Origin: Octopus sinensis
Lineage: Eukaryota
Direction of reading: 5' to 3'
Assembly: GCF_006345805.1 (NCBI RefSeq)
Contig: NC_043016.1
Coordinates: 17,360,001-17,424,000, forward strand
DNA length: 64,000 nucleotides
The stretch's first letter is position 1. The number at the start of each line of letters is the position of its first letter. Position numbers and translations under genes: made by a program. This document shows positions 28,971-37,487 of the stretch, piece by piece. Below the pieces are notes generated by a model, which saw only the letters and a list, made by a program, of their open reading frames with translations, made no database searches and had not been told where the DNA came from.

Positions 28971-31602
28971 CCTTTTATGGTTAAGTGATAAGAAGAACTA
29001 TTGTACCCACAGTTATACCTGTGATTCTATGATCTTGCTCAGAGCCTTGAAACTGGTGGAAGTAAGGAAGAAAAGAAAGGAAGAAGAGATCACCAAACTA
29101 GAAACCCGACTAAAATATCTGAAACAAAGTGATTCCTCCACAGGCACCCAAAGCCAGATGGTAACATTTACACCAAGTATCAGGTTGTCAACCATCCAAA
29201 ATCAGGAATAGTCTCTTTGATAGTCTTTTACACAGTCTCTGATTACCAAATTCCGTTAATAAGGCTTTGGGTGACCTTCCTATGCTGTGGTAGAAAACAT
29301 GTTTAAGATGACTTGCAATGGGATCAACTTGGTATCTGTCTAATTGCAAAAGTGAAGTTCTTCACTGCAAAACAGCTTTGATGGTTTCATCTGTGTTGAT
29401 GATAACAATCTTCAAGCTACTCTAGTTTTAGAGCCACAAAATATGATAATAAAAATCATATGATAATGATAACAAAATATCTATTTTATTGCAATTGCAA
29501 CAGATTAAATTTGGATTTCTGTTTGGGGGCCATCAATACTGACTTTGATCTGTGTGAACGACATTCATAAAATATGTAATTTTTTTTGTTTTTAATTTGT
29601 TAAAACTGAACTTTATTGCACTGATAGAAATAGGTGCATTTTTGTTATTTGAATTAATGGCATAATTAATATTCTTCAAAAAGTTCACTAGCATACACAT
29701 TGAATTGGGTTAGCATACTCATAAGTTTTTCTGAAGCATTTGATGAAGTTAGCCATTGAAAAATTGGTTGGCAAATTCAGAGCATAAATTTGGGAATAGA
29801 TTAAGATCTTTCCATTTGATTGGAAGTAGAGAAATACTGCTGTTTGTGTCATAATAGACTGCAATACCCTTTATTGCTGATAAATTTTGACTGCACTTAA
29901 ATTTGAAACATATACTCTAATTTAAGTTGTCACTTCTTATCCGACATTAGTTCTCCACCAAAATTTATACTTCTTTCCAATCCCAAAAAGAAAAAAATAT
30001 ATAATTAGGAAAAAAAAAAAGAAAAATTTGTTCTATAAACATCTTCTTTAATCTCTCAAGACACTATGAAGAGAATCTGATTTGTTGAAAATTCATATTG
30101 TTTTGGGCTTTTGAGAGGCTGATGTATTGAATGAAAGGCAAAATTGTTTTCTTAAAAAGCAACTTTTAAAACCTTTTCAAACATCAGAAAATTGATTTTT
30201 GTCTTTGTGAGTTTGAGAATGAAATAAAAAAATTCAGAAAGAAATGGGAACAATGATATCTTTGCCTAATAACGACTTTGGTCATGACTGTTTGGTTTCT
30301 GGTTTTAAAATAAAAATAATAATAAAAAAAAAAAGGGAAGAGTTTGAATATTATTATAAAGTTCAATACAAAGAAGAAGATTCTGAATTTTTGAAACAAT
30401 TAAAAAAATACAGAAATTAATTTTTAATGTTCATTAGAAATTGAAATCTAAGGAGTTCACATGATATACAAAGAAATGAGGTGTTCACATGATATACATG
30501 CAAATGGAAATGTTCACTTGGTGCATAGCTTTGTGGTTAGGGTACTGGATTCCCAATTTTAAGTTGTGAATTTGATTTCTGGTTGAGGTTGTGTATTGTG
30601 TCATTGAACAAGGCATCCCATTTCACATTACTCCAGTTTACTCCTTTGAGAAGAAATAGCAGCAGCAGTAGCAGCAGCAGTAACTGTTGGTAGTTAACCT
30701 TGTGATGGATTAATTTTTGTACTTTTATTTGTTTATTCCTTGCAAACTAAGGTAAACTCTGGCCTAGTGAATCTGTTGGCTCATGTTGAATGCAAATTTA
30801 GTTGCACAATATTTTAGCATGAAATCAGCAGTATCAGCAGTAAAGTGTGTTTTGACAAAGATTCTGTTAGGATTCCGCAGATAATAGTTTGAAGTCAAGC
30901 CAAATCATGGTGATTGGTAGACTGAAGATATTGATTATCTCACTTAATTATCATAAATTCATTATGTATGATGCATAATAGAGAGGAGACTTTATTTGCA
31001 ATGAACAGGATTATAGATAAAGTAACAAACATCTTATATTTTGAAATCAAATAGATATCTAGTCTTGAGAAATAAGTAAAGATCTATGTTCAAGTTTAAT
31101 ATTGTTGCTGAAAACTTGTTAGAAGTTAGAAAAAAGATCAGGAAGACATCTGACTACATTAAAATTTTAATGAGATTTCTTATACTGAATTCAATTAATC
31201 TCTAAAAGTTCTGTGCTTTTTGTTTGGAATACTATTAATCTTTATGAAAAAATTGTTGAAACTTTTAACTTAAGCATATATAAATGTAACTAGTTGTTAT
31301 TATGGTATATTTTTTGAATTTCAAAGTTTTAAATATGGTAGGATATGTTTTATGGCAGCAAACTTTTACCTACATAAGACTAATTTTACAAAATAAATCT
31401 TTTTGGTAGAGTTTTTAATGTTATGTATTCTTGAAGTAAAAGAGTTTTTTTTGTTTTGTTTTCAGATACTAATGCTTGTGCCCATGACAATGGAGGCTGT
31501 CGTTTCTTGTGTCTTCCAACATTTGGTTCTGGACGCACATGCGTGTGTCCTGATGATGTTGATAACAATGATTGCAGCAGTGCAGCATTATTACAGATGT
31601 AG
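624..31602 (+). CDS. Nid: Nidogen (entactin), 3' partial spliced CDS: join(624..746,1655..1771,6264..6395,7343..7465,7657..7860,9056..9211,9333..9467,11605..11724,13656..13763,14170..14292,17996..18164,23895..24052,25126..25258,28137..28255,31466..31602)
   Basis: Fifteen AG/GT-bounded exons join into one open frame: 9 EGF repeats, a YWTD propeller, a C-terminal EGF, then TAG. Propeller segments [63 protein letters not shown] and MYGIT...CP resemble the nidogen G3 domain as I recall it. There is no TM segment or cytoplasmic tail. Confidence 0.92.
783..1370 (+). repeat. Unclassified interspersed repeat, fragments (related pieces at ~18590-18750, 19120-19360, 22010-22200, 43770-43940)
   Basis: Recurrent motifs 'gcattccagctgtgaccatc', 'actacactatccaa' and 'gtaatttgagggagatttgg' appear at several sites. 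Confidence 0.55.
1383..1561. mobile_element. piggyBac-like MITE
   Basis: TTAA|CCCTTTCGTGAC ... GTAACGAATGGG|TTAA: imperfect TIRs with a TTAA TSD. Confidence 0.7.
1655..1771 (+). CDS. Nid: Nidogen exon 2, EGF with RGD
   Basis: Polypyrimidine tract + ttag| ... ATAG|gtaatt; [39 protein letters not shown]. Confidence 0.92.
   Translation, partial: TALNNVMNMLSVSIIIILGLPNVSAMQASEVMDITVNL
2430..3840 (-). mobile_element. 5'-truncated RTE-clade LINE: ORF2 C-terminus, 3' UTR and (ATG)n tail
   Basis: Minus-strand peptide [11 protein letters not shown]...[20 protein letters not shown]...[12 protein letters not shown] is a typical RTE ORF2 end (stop at 3254). There is a 1-nt frameshift near 3708. The 3' end reads CCCATGCTAGCATGG..GGACGTTAAACG(ATG)n. 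Confidence 0.92.
2712..3172. repeat. 159-bp tandem repeat (~2.9 copies) in the RTE 3' UTR
   Basis: Units start at 2712, 2871 and 3030 (ggcc[ac]cgagtcggatagtgctttttacgtaccacc...) and are nearly identical. Confidence 0.93.
4080..4470 (-). mobile_element. Highly decayed Penelope-like element relic (linker/GIY-YIG region)
   Basis: Minus-strand fragments such as [12 protein letters not shown] weakly resemble PLE GIY-YIG-region motifs; there are many frameshifts. Confidence 0.3.
4799..4863. repeat. (AG)n microsatellite
   Basis: Perfect dinucleotide run. Confidence 0.97.
6264..6395 (+). CDS. Nid: Nidogen exon 3, EGF
   Basis: ctag| ... GAAC|gtaag, phase 1-1; [44 protein letters not shown]. Confidence 0.9.
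6552..6760. mobile_element. piggyBac-like MITE (a partial related copy follows at ~6770-6915)
   Basis: TTAA|CCTTTTTAG ... CTAAAGGG|TTAA; the internal 'gacaaagttatttt' segment is repeated just downstream. Confidence 0.55.
7343..7465 (+). CDS. Nid: Nidogen exon 4, EGF
   Basis: ttcag| ... ATTG|gtatg; [41 protein letters not shown]. Confidence 0.92.
7657..7860 (+). CDS. Nid: Nidogen exon 5, one complete EGF plus most of a second
   Basis: acag| ... ACAG|gtatt; [12 protein letters not shown]...[28 protein letters not shown]...CVCEPGYT. Confidence 0.92.
8226..8518. mobile_element. Foldback/MITE-like imperfect palindrome carrying an exon-4-derived insert
   Basis: Arms pair: tcattttgtaacca/tggttacaaaatga, attaatttccatg/catggaaattaat, cattttaaaacatcatttacaat/attgtaaaagatgcattaaaatg. 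Confidence 0.75.
9056..9211 (+). CDS. Nid: Nidogen exon 6, end of an EGF plus one EGF
   Basis: tacag| ... AGAG|gtata; [52 protein letters not shown]. Confidence 0.92.
9333..9467 (+). CDS. Nid: Nidogen exon 7, EGF
   Basis: cccag| ... CATG|gtatag; [45 protein letters not shown]. Confidence 0.9.
10135..10575 (+). mobile_element. RTE LINE 3' end with a 123-bp tandem duplication and (ATG)n tail
   Basis: Same 3' UTR and tail as 2430-2720 but in the opposite orientation; five GGTGRCACGTAAAA(G/A)CACC motifs. Confidence 0.9.
10873..11475 (+). mobile_element. tRNA-derived SINE (family A, head GGCGGTGAGCTGGCAG) split by a Penelope-like terminal-repeat insertion (~10930-11297)
   Basis: The SINE head lies at 10873-10925 and the body resumes at ~11299 with the 'cctttcattcttttagggttaataaaataagtaccag' core. 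The insert has ~70-bp inverted arms (10958-11028 vs 11226-11297). Confidence 0.7.
11001..11044 (-). ncRNA. Minimal hammerhead-ribozyme-like motif (Penelope-type)
   Basis: Minus strand: CAC-CUGAUGA-A-GGCUG(gagaguacau)CAACC-GAAAC-GUU-GUG. The core is intact, helix II has one mismatch and helix III is the palindromic ACGU. Confidence 0.6.
11605..11724 (+). CDS. Nid: Nidogen exon 8, EGF with RGD
   Basis: ttcag| ... TCAG|gtataa; [40 protein letters not shown]. Confidence 0.92.
13005..13140 (-). mobile_element. tRNA-derived SINE family B fragment
   Basis: 'gcccaaaatgccatgcagtgggactgaacccggaaccatgtggttg' matches other family B copies. Confidence 0.8.
13656..13763 (+). CDS. Nid: Nidogen exon 9, start of G3 beta-propeller
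   Basis: ttcag| ... CCAG|gtaat; [36 protein letters not shown]. Confidence 0.85.
13905..14078. repeat. (ATT)n microsatellite in intron 9
   Basis: Long, nearly perfect trinucleotide run. Confidence 0.97.
14170..14292 (+). CDS. Nid: Nidogen exon 10, YWTD-like repeat
   Basis: ccag| ... GAAA|gtaag; [41 protein letters not shown]. Confidence 0.9.
14521..14567 (+). ncRNA. Degenerate minimal hammerhead-like motif in a Penelope-like terminal relic
   Basis: UCU-CCGAUGA-A-GGGA(11 nt)UCCU-G-GAAAC-AGCU-AUA-AGA; deviates from the canonical core. Confidence 0.45.
15091..15490. mobile_element. Penelope-like inverted terminal-repeat relic: ~145-bp inverted arms with a hammerhead-like core
   Basis: 15091-15235 is the reverse complement of 15347-15490. 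CTGATGA lies at 15290 and GAAACAGCTGT at 15384, with an internal palindrome at 15235-15290. Confidence 0.7.
16378..16614 (+). mobile_element. Full-length, young tRNA-derived SINE family A inserted into an old RTE 3' fragment
   Basis: A/B-box-like head, core GCCTTTCATCCTTTCGGGGTCGATAAATTAAGTACCAG; 18-bp TSD ggttgatc(a/c)tggcataga at 16360-16377 and 16615-16632. Confidence 0.9.
17065..17225 (-). mobile_element. RTE LINE 3' end fragment
   Basis: 'tttaacgtctgttttccatgctggcatgggttggatgg' terminus, as in other copies. Confidence 0.85.
17996..18164 (+). CDS. Nid: Nidogen exon 11, YWTD repeat
   Basis: ttag| ... GAGG|gtgagt, phase 1-2; [54 protein letters not shown]. Confidence 0.94.
18318..18505. 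mobile_element. hAT-type MITE
   Basis: Perfect 15-bp TIR CAGGGCTGTGGAGTC/GACTCCACAGCCCTG, 8-bp TSD tgtccaac/agtccaac (7/8 match) and internal GACTCC subrepeats. Confidence 0.88.
19400..20230 (-). mobile_element. Decayed retroelement relic, possibly Penelope-like
   Basis: Minus-strand fragments (…[10 protein letters not shown]; …IIRYPYP) loosely resemble PLE thumb and endonuclease C-terminal motifs. Confidence 0.3.
20750..21290 (-). mobile_element. Older RTE LINE 3' end with four ~65-bp UTR units
   Basis: Same terminus and GGTGCTTTTTACGTGCCACC-type units as 2430-2720, with many CpG-to-TpG/CpA changes. Confidence 0.88.
22888..23195 (-). mobile_element. tRNA-derived SINE (distinct family, (CAA)n-like tail)
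   Basis: Minus-strand head TGGCCTAGTTGTTAGGGCAGCGGACT..GGTTCGAATCTC carries A/B boxes; the tail appears as ttgttgctgttgttg on the + strand. Confidence 0.75.
23895..24052 (+). CDS. Nid: Nidogen exon 12, YWTD repeats
   Basis: ttcag| ... AAAG|gtagg, phase 2-1; [52 protein letters not shown]. Confidence 0.94.
24140..24440 (-). mobile_element. tRNA-derived SINE family C
   Basis: Reverse complement of the 62359-62674 family ('gtgaaataaagtgtcttgct', 'caactggaacagcttgcttgtgag'). Confidence 0.85.
25126..25258 (+). CDS. Nid: Nidogen exon 13, YWTD repeat
   Basis: ttcag| ... CCAA|gtaagt, phase 1-2; [44 protein letters not shown]. Confidence 0.93.
25328..25540 (+). mobile_element. tRNA-derived SINE family A
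   Basis: 'ggtgagctggcagaatcgttagc...gagttcaaattc...tcggggtcagcaaaataagtaccag'. Confidence 0.85.
25861..25896 (+). ncRNA. Variant minimal hammerhead-like motif in a Penelope-like terminal relic (~25830-25990)
   Basis: CUUU-CUGUUGA-A-GAGC(guag)GCUU-GAAAU-GUA-AAAG; the downstream flank is homologous to 50846-50925. Confidence 0.5.
28137..28255 (+). CDS. Nid: Nidogen exon 14, end of propeller
   Basis: ttag| ... CGAA|gtgagt, phase 2-1; [39 protein letters not shown]. Confidence 0.9.
28452..28800. repeat. (TACA)/(TGCA) complex microsatellite with a 20-bp higher-order unit
   Basis: catgtatgcatacatacatg repeated about 6 times at 28641-28760. Confidence 0.95.
31466..31602 (+). CDS. Nid: Nidogen last coding exon, C-terminal EGF and stop
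   Basis: ttcag|; [45 protein letters not shown] (TAG at 31600-31602). Confidence 0.93.
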
Positions 31603-32169
31603 TTAATCAAAATTAAAGGTAAATATGTATGTTAACGTACTTTCTTACTTAGGACTAGAAACAACTGAAGATTTTTTTTATCAAAATATGTTAACATATG
31701 GTGGTGTCTCAGCATGGCCACAGCCTCAAGGCTGAAACATATAAAAGAATAAAAGAATATAGGGGTGGGCAGAAGTAGGTATACAGTTGCCAAATATGAG
31801 TGAAATGTTCTTGTCTCTTTTCTTGTCTCTTTTTTTTAAAGCTAAGAGATTCATAAATCAATTAAGGGATCTGCAGGAGATGCCCAGTTTATCATCCTTC
31901 CATGGTGGGATGGGTTGGATGGTTTGATTGGAGCCGGCAAGCTGGACATGTACACCAGTCTCTAGTCTGTTCCCAAATTGTTTCTATCTTTCTACAGGAT
32001 GGTTTTTACATGGCACCAGCACCACTGCTTTTTATGTGAAGTCTTTTATCTTTATTCTAAAGGTTTATCGATGTACATTCTCAGTTTTTCCTATCGTGAT
32101 CATCAGCATCATAAACATCATCATAGGCCAAATCTCCATTATAATCATTTTTTAACCTTATTTTTGTTA

Positions 32170-32530
32170 CTCATATCAGTCATTGGACAGCAGCCAAGCT
32201 GGGGCCACCATTCAAACAAATCAAACCCACAACCATTTACTTTTATAAAGTCTTGTACTTATTCTGTTAGTCTCTAATGCCAAACTGCTAAGTTATGAGG
32301 AAGTAAACAGACACGTGTTGCCTGACAGTGGTGGGGGACAAACACAAAAACACACACATCTAGATAACACACACACACACACTCATATATATGATGGGTT
32401 TCTTTTAGTTTTTGCCTACCAAATCCACTGACACATTTTTGGTTGACCTGTGGCTATAGTAGAAGACACTTGCCCAAGGTGCCATGCATTGGGATTGGAA
32501 GAAAACTTCTTGCCACACACCTACACCTGC
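32170..32530 (-). mobile_element. tRNA-derived SINE family B (old copy)
   Basis: 'gctatagtagaagacacttgcccaaggtgccatgca' and 'cctaccaaatccact'. Confidence 0.8.
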
Positions 32531-32582
32531 ACCGTGTTTCCATAAAATCAACATCACAGTCATCATTGTAGCTTCTATGCAA

Positions 32583-32885
32583 GTGGCTTACTGGTTAGGG
32601 TATTCGACTTACAATTGTAAGGTCATGAGTTCGATTCCTGGAGGCACACTGTGTCCTTGAGCCAGACACTTCATTTCACATTGCTCCAGTCCACTCAGCT
32701 GGCAAAAATTGAGTAGTACCAGTAATTCAACGAGGCCAGCCTTGTCACATTCTCTGTCATGATGAATCTCCCCAAGAACTATGCTAAGGGTACACATATG
32801 TCTGTGGAGTACTCAGCCACTTGCTTGTTAATTTCATGAGCAGGCTGTTCCATTTGTAGCATCAACTGGAACCCTCATCACCTTA
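32583..32885 (+). mobile_element. tRNA-derived SINE family C (old copy)
   Basis: 'gtggcttactggttagggtattcgac...gagttcgattcc...ctccagtccactcagctggcaaaaa'. Confidence 0.85.
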
Positions 32886-33054
32886 ATTGGTGATAGCATA
32901 TATATCTTGTGCAGCTTTCCAGCTTGCCTGTTCTCAGTCAAACCGTCCAACCCATGCCAACATGGAAAGCGACAACCATGTCCACCACCCCCACTGCTGC
33001 TGCCAAAGTCGCTGGTGCCGCTGAAGCCACCAAAACCACTGCCATCACCAAAGC

Positions 33055-33100
33055 CGCTTCCACTACCACCACCACCACCACCACCACCACCACCACCACA

Positions 33101-33138
<38 letters not shown>

Positions 33139-33246
33139 CAGTTGCCGTCTTTGTAACACAATTAAGTTTTCTGTTTTTTTCTCTCTTCCAGATTCCTGTG
33201 ATACCTACAGAAGGTTGAGGAAACCTCTCAGTTTCCAGCAGAAAAG

Positions 33247-33283
<37 letters not shown>

Positions 33284-33284
33284 A
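33055..33284. repeat. (CCA)n(CTA)n tract before the 33192 acceptor and (CTG)n at 33250-33284
   Basis: Direct inspection. Confidence 0.95.
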
Positions 33285-33623
33285 AATATGTCTGTTTTAG
33301 AAAGAGAATATTGAATGCTGACATCTTTTTTTTTTTTTTTGTTTTTCACTCTGGATGAGCAAATCCTTTCATACCTTATATATTATTTTGATACATAATT
33401 AGAAATTTTTCTAACAGGATCAAATAAAATCGAAATACTACTAAACGTATAAAAGGATATGACACATCTGTTTATCAACAAATGAGTGAAAATTATAAAA
33501 CTTACTGAAAGCAAAAACCGATAAGCTTGTATCAGCATACGTATATTTGATGACAGCTTAAAAAAAAAAATTCATTAGTGATATTTGATATTTTAGATAA
33601 GAGAAGGTAAATATGAAAACTGA

Positions 33624-33689
<66 letters not shown>

Positions 33690-34450
33690 TGCCTGGAGTT
33701 AAAAACGCTGCCATTTTTTAAATGTCTTTTGATGTCTTTTGATAATTTTTATAAATTTTTGCCCGAATTAAGATTTAATACATGTTGGTGTTAACATTTT
33801 AAATGCTTTTATACATATGTCTTCAGTGTTTGGAAAAAATAAAATAAAATATATATATAAATGAATATCAGCAAAATATTAATCACTCAAAAACAAAACA
33901 TACACAAAAAAAAAAATAATAAATAATAAATAATAAATAAAAATGATGAGGAGGAAGATGATGACAATGAAAGCAACACTGTTAGCCGTACCAGAACGCA
34001 GATGACATTGCAATGATGTCACCATGGTGATGAGGGGGATAAAAGTATAGATGATAGATGTGATAGGGTTAATGAGTGATATAGTTACGATTCTTATATC
34101 TTAAGTCGTTATATTTCTATTCTCTCAATGATTCTCACTCATACAGACATTTATTCATTCATGACTCGTTACATCTTAATCAATCTGGTATTCCATTTTT
34201 AAATTGATTCTAGCTTAAGCAAGTGGTTTTTCTTTTTTTTTATATATATATATATCATCAACTTGTAAAATATTTTATTTTTTAGTTGATTTGGAATAAG
34301 TATCAACATTTCATCCTACTTTCTAAGAATGAAATTTTTCCTGCAAAATTATTTCAGTTATTAAATAAAGAACTGTGTTGTAGTGTTTTATAGTCATTCA
34401 TTTCTCTAGAAATATCTTTAGTTGATAATGTAGGTTTTTAAGGAATAAAT
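33192..34450 (+). other. Putative non-coding terminal (3' UTR) exon of nidogen; 3' end uncertain
   Basis: Donor AAAG|gtaaat at 31618/31619 and a strong acceptor ttttctgtttttttctctcttccag| ending at 33191, followed by AT-rich sequence with several AATAAA hexamers (e.g. ~33423, ~33838, ~34364, ~34444). Confidence 0.5.
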
Positions 34451-35124
34451 TGACTGATTTTTATTTTCCTTTTGCTATTTTTTATTAAAAAAACGTTTTG
34501 GTATGGTTTTTCTCTTTTCTTGAAAAATGATTATTTTATTTTTTTATTTTTCATTCTTTTTTTTTTTTTTCATTCTAGCATAGAAAAATACATTAAACAA
34601 AATCAGATTCAGTTTAGCTGATATTTATACTGATGGATTTCCATTCATAAATCAATGATGGAGTGGAAATAATATCTGAGTTGTAGTTAGGTAGATTGAA
34701 CAAAACAGATAAAGAATTATGCTTCATTGCTGGAAAGGGGGTTTGAACCAATCATCTCTGGGCAGCAGTAGTTAAGTGTATTGAACTACATTTGCCACTT
34801 AGTAATGTAGGAATACAACTAAAGAGACCACACACTGAATCGTGTGCAAAAACTTCTTTTAGATTTTATGTGAGGCATGATGGTGTAAAATTGTAAGGTA
34901 TGTTGTCATAGTTTAAATTAGATGCTGTGAAAAACATGGACAAAGGATAGACCCAAGCTGCATTTTGTATGAAAGGATTAATTGAGAATCTCAGTTTGGG
35001 AGTTCACTGAATTAAAATAAATTATTTAAGAAGAAACGTTAAATGGATTTGAAGTTAGGGTTAGGGTTTAGCTAAACAGGAAAAATATGATGAACATGTT
35101 ACATAAATGGTGTCTTTTTGCTAG

Positions 35125-35336
35125 TAAAGTGAAAACAGCAACAACAACAATAATAATAATAATAATAATAAGGATTAGGTCAACTAAAGTAAAAACAACA
35201 ATAATAATAATAAAAATAATAATAATTAGGTCAACTAAAGTGAAAATAAAAATAAAAATAATTAATAATAATAATAATAATAATTAGGTCAACTAAAGTG
35301 AAAATAATAATAATAATAAGGATTAGGTCAACTAAA
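35125..35336. repeat. Minisatellite: ATTAGGTCAACTAAA units separated by (AAT)n
   Basis: Four copies at 35174, 35225, 35283 and 35322. Confidence 0.9.
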
Positions 35337-36087
35337 AATGCAATGGTGTAATATGATGCATTTTACATTTAAAAGAAAAAAGTAGAATAATTGTTTATGA
35401 AAATGTATACAGAATGGATAAGTGATATAATAATAATTTGTTGGGTAAGAAATAAATTGGTTTCTACTCTTAAGACACAGCGATACCACATGCCACTGAA
35501 GAACTCTCAACTTGTCTCTTCTTCTCTCATCATCCATATTTTGTGTTCCCCTCCACTCTCAAGTCCTTCACAGACCACTTAACCCAGTTCTACTTCTTGT
35601 CCTGAATGTCATTTCCCTAGAATTCTTCACCTGACTATGTCTTTTCTGCAGACATTGATTTATAATCATAACAACAAAACAAACAAACAAACAAAAAAAA
35701 ATTGATGTCATTGGATTTGAAAGGCCTGTAAAAAAAAAAGAAAAAAGGAAAAACCATGGGTAGAGTCTCTACATTCAGTTTGGGTTGAAATAGATTAGAT
35801 TTAATGACAGATTTTAAGAAAACACAGAAACAGATTTGGATAAGAAAAAAGAAATGGAGGGTCTTTCAGAGAAATGGATAAGAAGTGTAGGTTTCACTAA
35901 GTCTTGGTGATGAATATGAAAATAAGATCTAAAACAACCAAAAATAGAAAGCACTGAACATTGCTGTATTGGTATATGGTGTATAATGAAGTATGTTAAT
36001 TAGTACAGAGATAAAAGCCACTGAATCACTCTTTGTAAGATGTTTAGAAAGAAATAGAGTGGTGTATTTAGAAGTAAACAGACTTAA

Positions 36088-36311
36088 CCCCTTGCACACA
36101 GATTTTGTACTGCCAGTCTGTGTTGTGCACTGGTATTGGATCGTTCAGTAACTTCTTAGTTTTCCTTACAAGGAATTTTACAGTGTATTTACAGTGTATT
36201 GTTGTCAGTGTTGTATATTTGAAAACACAGTGCCGCACAGAGTGGGACATTGCACTGCTTGGACACACAGTGTTTCAATGTGGTCACTATTGCTTCCCAT
36301 CTGGAAAGGGG
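36088..36311. mobile_element. piggyBac-like MITE
   Basis: TTAA|CCCCTTGCA ... TGGAAAGGGG|TTAA. Confidence 0.55.
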
Positions 36312-36434
36312 TTAAGGAAACATAAGAAAAGAAATATACTGAAATACTTAGTGACTATTTGGAATTGTGTAGAATTACAAAAGGACAGAGAAATGGTATG
36401 TAGAACAATTCTTGTGGTAAAATTAAGCAGATGC

Positions 36435-36812
36435 AGGTGGGGCATGCGATAAGAAATTCGCTTCACAAACACATGATTCTGGGTTCAGTTCCACAGTGTG
36501 GCATTTTGGGCAAGTATTTTATGCTAAGGCCTCAGGTTGACCAAAGTCTTGCGAGTGGATTTGGTAGACAGAAACTAAAAGAAGCCTGTTGCACTTATGT
36601 ATATATGTGTGTTTGTGTTGTGTTTGTTCCCCCACTACTGTTTGACAACTGGTGTTGGTTTGTTTATATCTCTGTAATCTAGCAGTTTGGAAAAAGAGAC
36701 TGATAGTATAAGTACCAGACTTGAAAAAAAGTACCTGGGTTGATTTGTTAAATTAAAAGACATGTCAAGGCAGTGCTCCAGAATGGCCACATTCCAAAAG
36801 CTGAAACAAATG
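36435..36812 (+). mobile_element. tRNA-derived SINE family B
   Basis: 'gggttcagttccacagtgtggcattttgggcaagt...gagtggatttggtagacagaaact'. Confidence 0.85.
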
Positions 36813-37256
36813 AAAGATTAATATTTAAAAAAAATCTCATCAAATTTCTTAGAGAATCGTACAATGCCGTAAGATGAAGTAGAGAATGGAAGTGGATATT
36901 GTGGTTACCATAGAAGAAGAAAAGGTGAAACAAAATCCTTGATATTGGGTTATTTGGAGGCAAGAGTACTGACAACCATCAGGACCACATAAAAACAAGA
37001 TATAATTATAAATCCCTACAAAATGTTAAGCAAGTGTTTAACTTTGGAATGAAAATTAGTTTGTAATTTGTTCCAACATAAAAGTTTGTGGCAAACAAGT
37101 TCGGTTCACAGCTTTGTCATTCTGGTTTTGTTGCTACGGAGTTGGTAGCACGCCGAATAAAATATTTGGCGGCATTCCGTTCGCCTATGTTGTGAGCTCA
37201 AATGCTACTGATTCGACTTTGTCTTCCATCAATTCGGGGTCAATAAAATAAGTACC

Positions 37257-37487
37257 TATTTCTTTATTACCCACAAGGGGCTAAACACAGAGCGGACAAA
37301 CAAGGACAGACATAGGTATTAAGTCGATTATATCGACCCCAATGCGTAACTGGTACTTAATTTATCGACCCCGAAAGGATGAAAGGCAAAGTCGACCTCG
37401 GCGGAATTTGAACTCACAACGTAACGCAGACGAAATACCGCTAAGCATTTCGCCCGGCGTGCTAACGTTTCTGCCAGCTCGCCGCCT
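37257..37487 (-). mobile_element. Young full-length SINE family A nested antisense inside an older family A copy (~37135-37585, +)
   Basis: Perfect 13-bp TSD taaaataagtacc at 37244-37256 and 37488-37500; near-identical to the 16378-16614 copy. Confidence 0.92.

Noticed and set aside
13656-31602. LRP/LDL-receptor or pro-EGF identity for the gene
   Set aside because: A single propeller is followed by one EGF and a stop, with no LDLa repeats or TM helix, and the propeller has nidogen-like motifs (YDC, LCW.D, YGIT..CP).
32834-33358. Mucin-like poly-Thr/Pro/Gly/Cys ORFs as an extra nidogen coding exon
   Set aside because: They derive from (CCA)n/(CTA)n/(CTG)n tracts downstream of the stop codon.
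35054-35070. Interstitial telomeric repeat (TTAGGG)2
   Set aside because: Only two perfect units; expected by chance.
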